Assembly (NCBI GenBank): GCA_964016885.1
Contig: OZ024744.1
Span: forward strand, 64,170,001 to 64,234,000
Direction of reading: 5' to 3'
DNA from: Eledone cirrhosa
Lineage: Eukaryota
Length of the DNA: 64,000 nt
In this document: positions 62,487 through 64,000 of the stretch, piece after piece
Layout of the letters: each line of letters begins with the position of its first letter
Numbering within the stretch: position 1 is the first letter of the stretch
Notes under the pieces: model-generated
Told to the model about the DNA's origin: nothing
The model's input: only the letters and a program-made list of their open reading frames with translations
Database searches by the model: none
Made by a program: the position numbers and the translations under genes

Positions 62487-64000
62487 AAGATATTTTACTC
62501 AATGCCTACGACAGTAAAGAAGAACAGATACAGACATTCAATGTAGAAGAGAACTGGGAGTTGCTAAAAAATAACTTACTAGAGGCGACGGATGAGGTCT
62601 GTGGCTGGAGTAAGACCTCAAGCAGGAGGAGAGTGACTTGGTGGTGGAACAATAAGGTAGATGAGGCAGTTAAGGCCAAGAGACAGGCATGGAAAGAATG
62701 GAAGAACGGGGCGAGCAGGGTACATTACATAGAGACCAAGAGGGAAGCTAGGCGACAAGTATACTTAGCTAGGAGGGAAGCAGAGGATAGAAAATTCAAG
62801 CATGTTTTGCAACGTGAGGACCAGAAACAGGAGGTGTTCAAGATTGCGAGGCAGTGTGTCAGAGAGAGTTGTGATGTCATTGGAGAGAAGTGTATCCGGA
62901 ATGATAAAGGTGAGCTTGCCCTCACAAGTGCTGAGAAGAAAGATGCATGGAAGAGCCATTATGATAGATTACTAAATGAAGAGAATGCATGGGAAGAAGA
63001 GACCCTACCCTAAGTAGACCCTATAGAGGGGCCAGCAGTACAAGTCAGCAGCAACGTAGTAAGTAAGGCAATCAAAGATATGAAGATGGGGAAGGCAACC
63101 GGTCCATCGGGTATAGCTGCCGAGATGCTGAAGGCATCTGGGTCTGTAGGTCACACTATAACCACACGTATTGTTAACCAGGTAATACTAGAAGGTGTCA
63201 TACCAAAAGATTGGTGCAGTAGCATCATTGTCAACTGCTACAAAGGTAAAGGTGATGCACTAGATAGAGGAAACTATAGAGGTATAAAGCTGATGGACCA
63301 GGTCATGAAAGTAACAGAAAGAGTTATAGCACAGTTGATTAGGGACCGGGTGAAACTAGACGAGATGCAATTTTTTGGGTTTGTACCAGGAAGAGGCACC
63401 ACTGATGCCCTCTTCCTTATCAGGCAGTTACAGGAAAAGTACCTAGCTAAAAGTAAGCCACTCTGCCTGGCATTTGTCGACCTTAAGAAAGCCTTTGACA
63501 GAGTTCCACGTGCTGTAATCTGGTGGACTCTTAGAAAACTAGGAGTAGATGAATGGCTTGTGAAAGCGTTACAAGCCATGTATAGGGGAGCAGTCAGCAA
63601 AGTAAGGATTAGCAATGAGTATAGCGAGGAATTTAGCGTACAGGTTGGGGTCCACCAGGGCTCTGTTCTTAGCCCCCCCCCCCTTTTCATCATAGTCCTG
63701 CAGGCAATAACGGAGGAGTTTAAGACCGGATGCCCATGGGAACTCCTGTATGCTGATGACCTCGCACTTATAGCTGAATCTATGGTAGAACTAGAGAAGA
63801 AATTCCAAACTTGGAAGCAGGGAATAGAAAGAAAGGGTCTCAAAGTCAACATGACAAAGACTAAGGTCCTTGTAAGTAGACGAGAAAACAGAACCCAGAT
63901 CCCCTCAGGGAAATGGCCTTGCTCAGTATGTAGGAAAGGTGTAGGTAGGAACTCCATTCTCTGCCCCAAATGCAAACAATGGGTACACAAGAGATGTAGC
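62487..64000 (+). mobile_element. RTE LINE, 5'-truncated, runs off the window end
   Basis: Highly similar to 37105-38560; RRRVTWWWN, NYRGIKL, VHQGS, YADD. Confidence 0.95.

Overview
AT-rich, microsatellite-rich animal genomic DNA. The RTE-LINE and tRNA-SINE families look like those of coleoid cephalopods, probably Octopus (inference from recognition, not a database search). Two nuclear genes for mitochondrial proteins point away from each other: MRPS12 on the minus strand (coding exons 13936-13864 and 6251-5887, 145 aa) and what looks like coding exon 1 of the 2-oxodicarboxylate carrier SLC25A21 on the plus strand (55861-55930). Almost everything else is nested transposon sequence: many PHD-finger-bearing RTE LINEs (one nearly intact), three CRE-like RLE retrotransposons, a Naiad-like Penelope element forming a ~3.5 kb palindrome with a fold-back hairpin at its junction, a Helitron that appears to have read through its terminator, a Gypsy-like 3' end, a solo LTR, a DD37D transposon, hAT/piggyBac/mariner MITEs, SINEs, a tRNA-iMet pseudogene abutting a LINE tail, and a 17-copy 43-bp array amplified from LINE coding sequence. 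I found no clearly new protein system; the most unusual signals are these transposition products. TE boundaries are approximate unless TIRs or TSDs are quoted.
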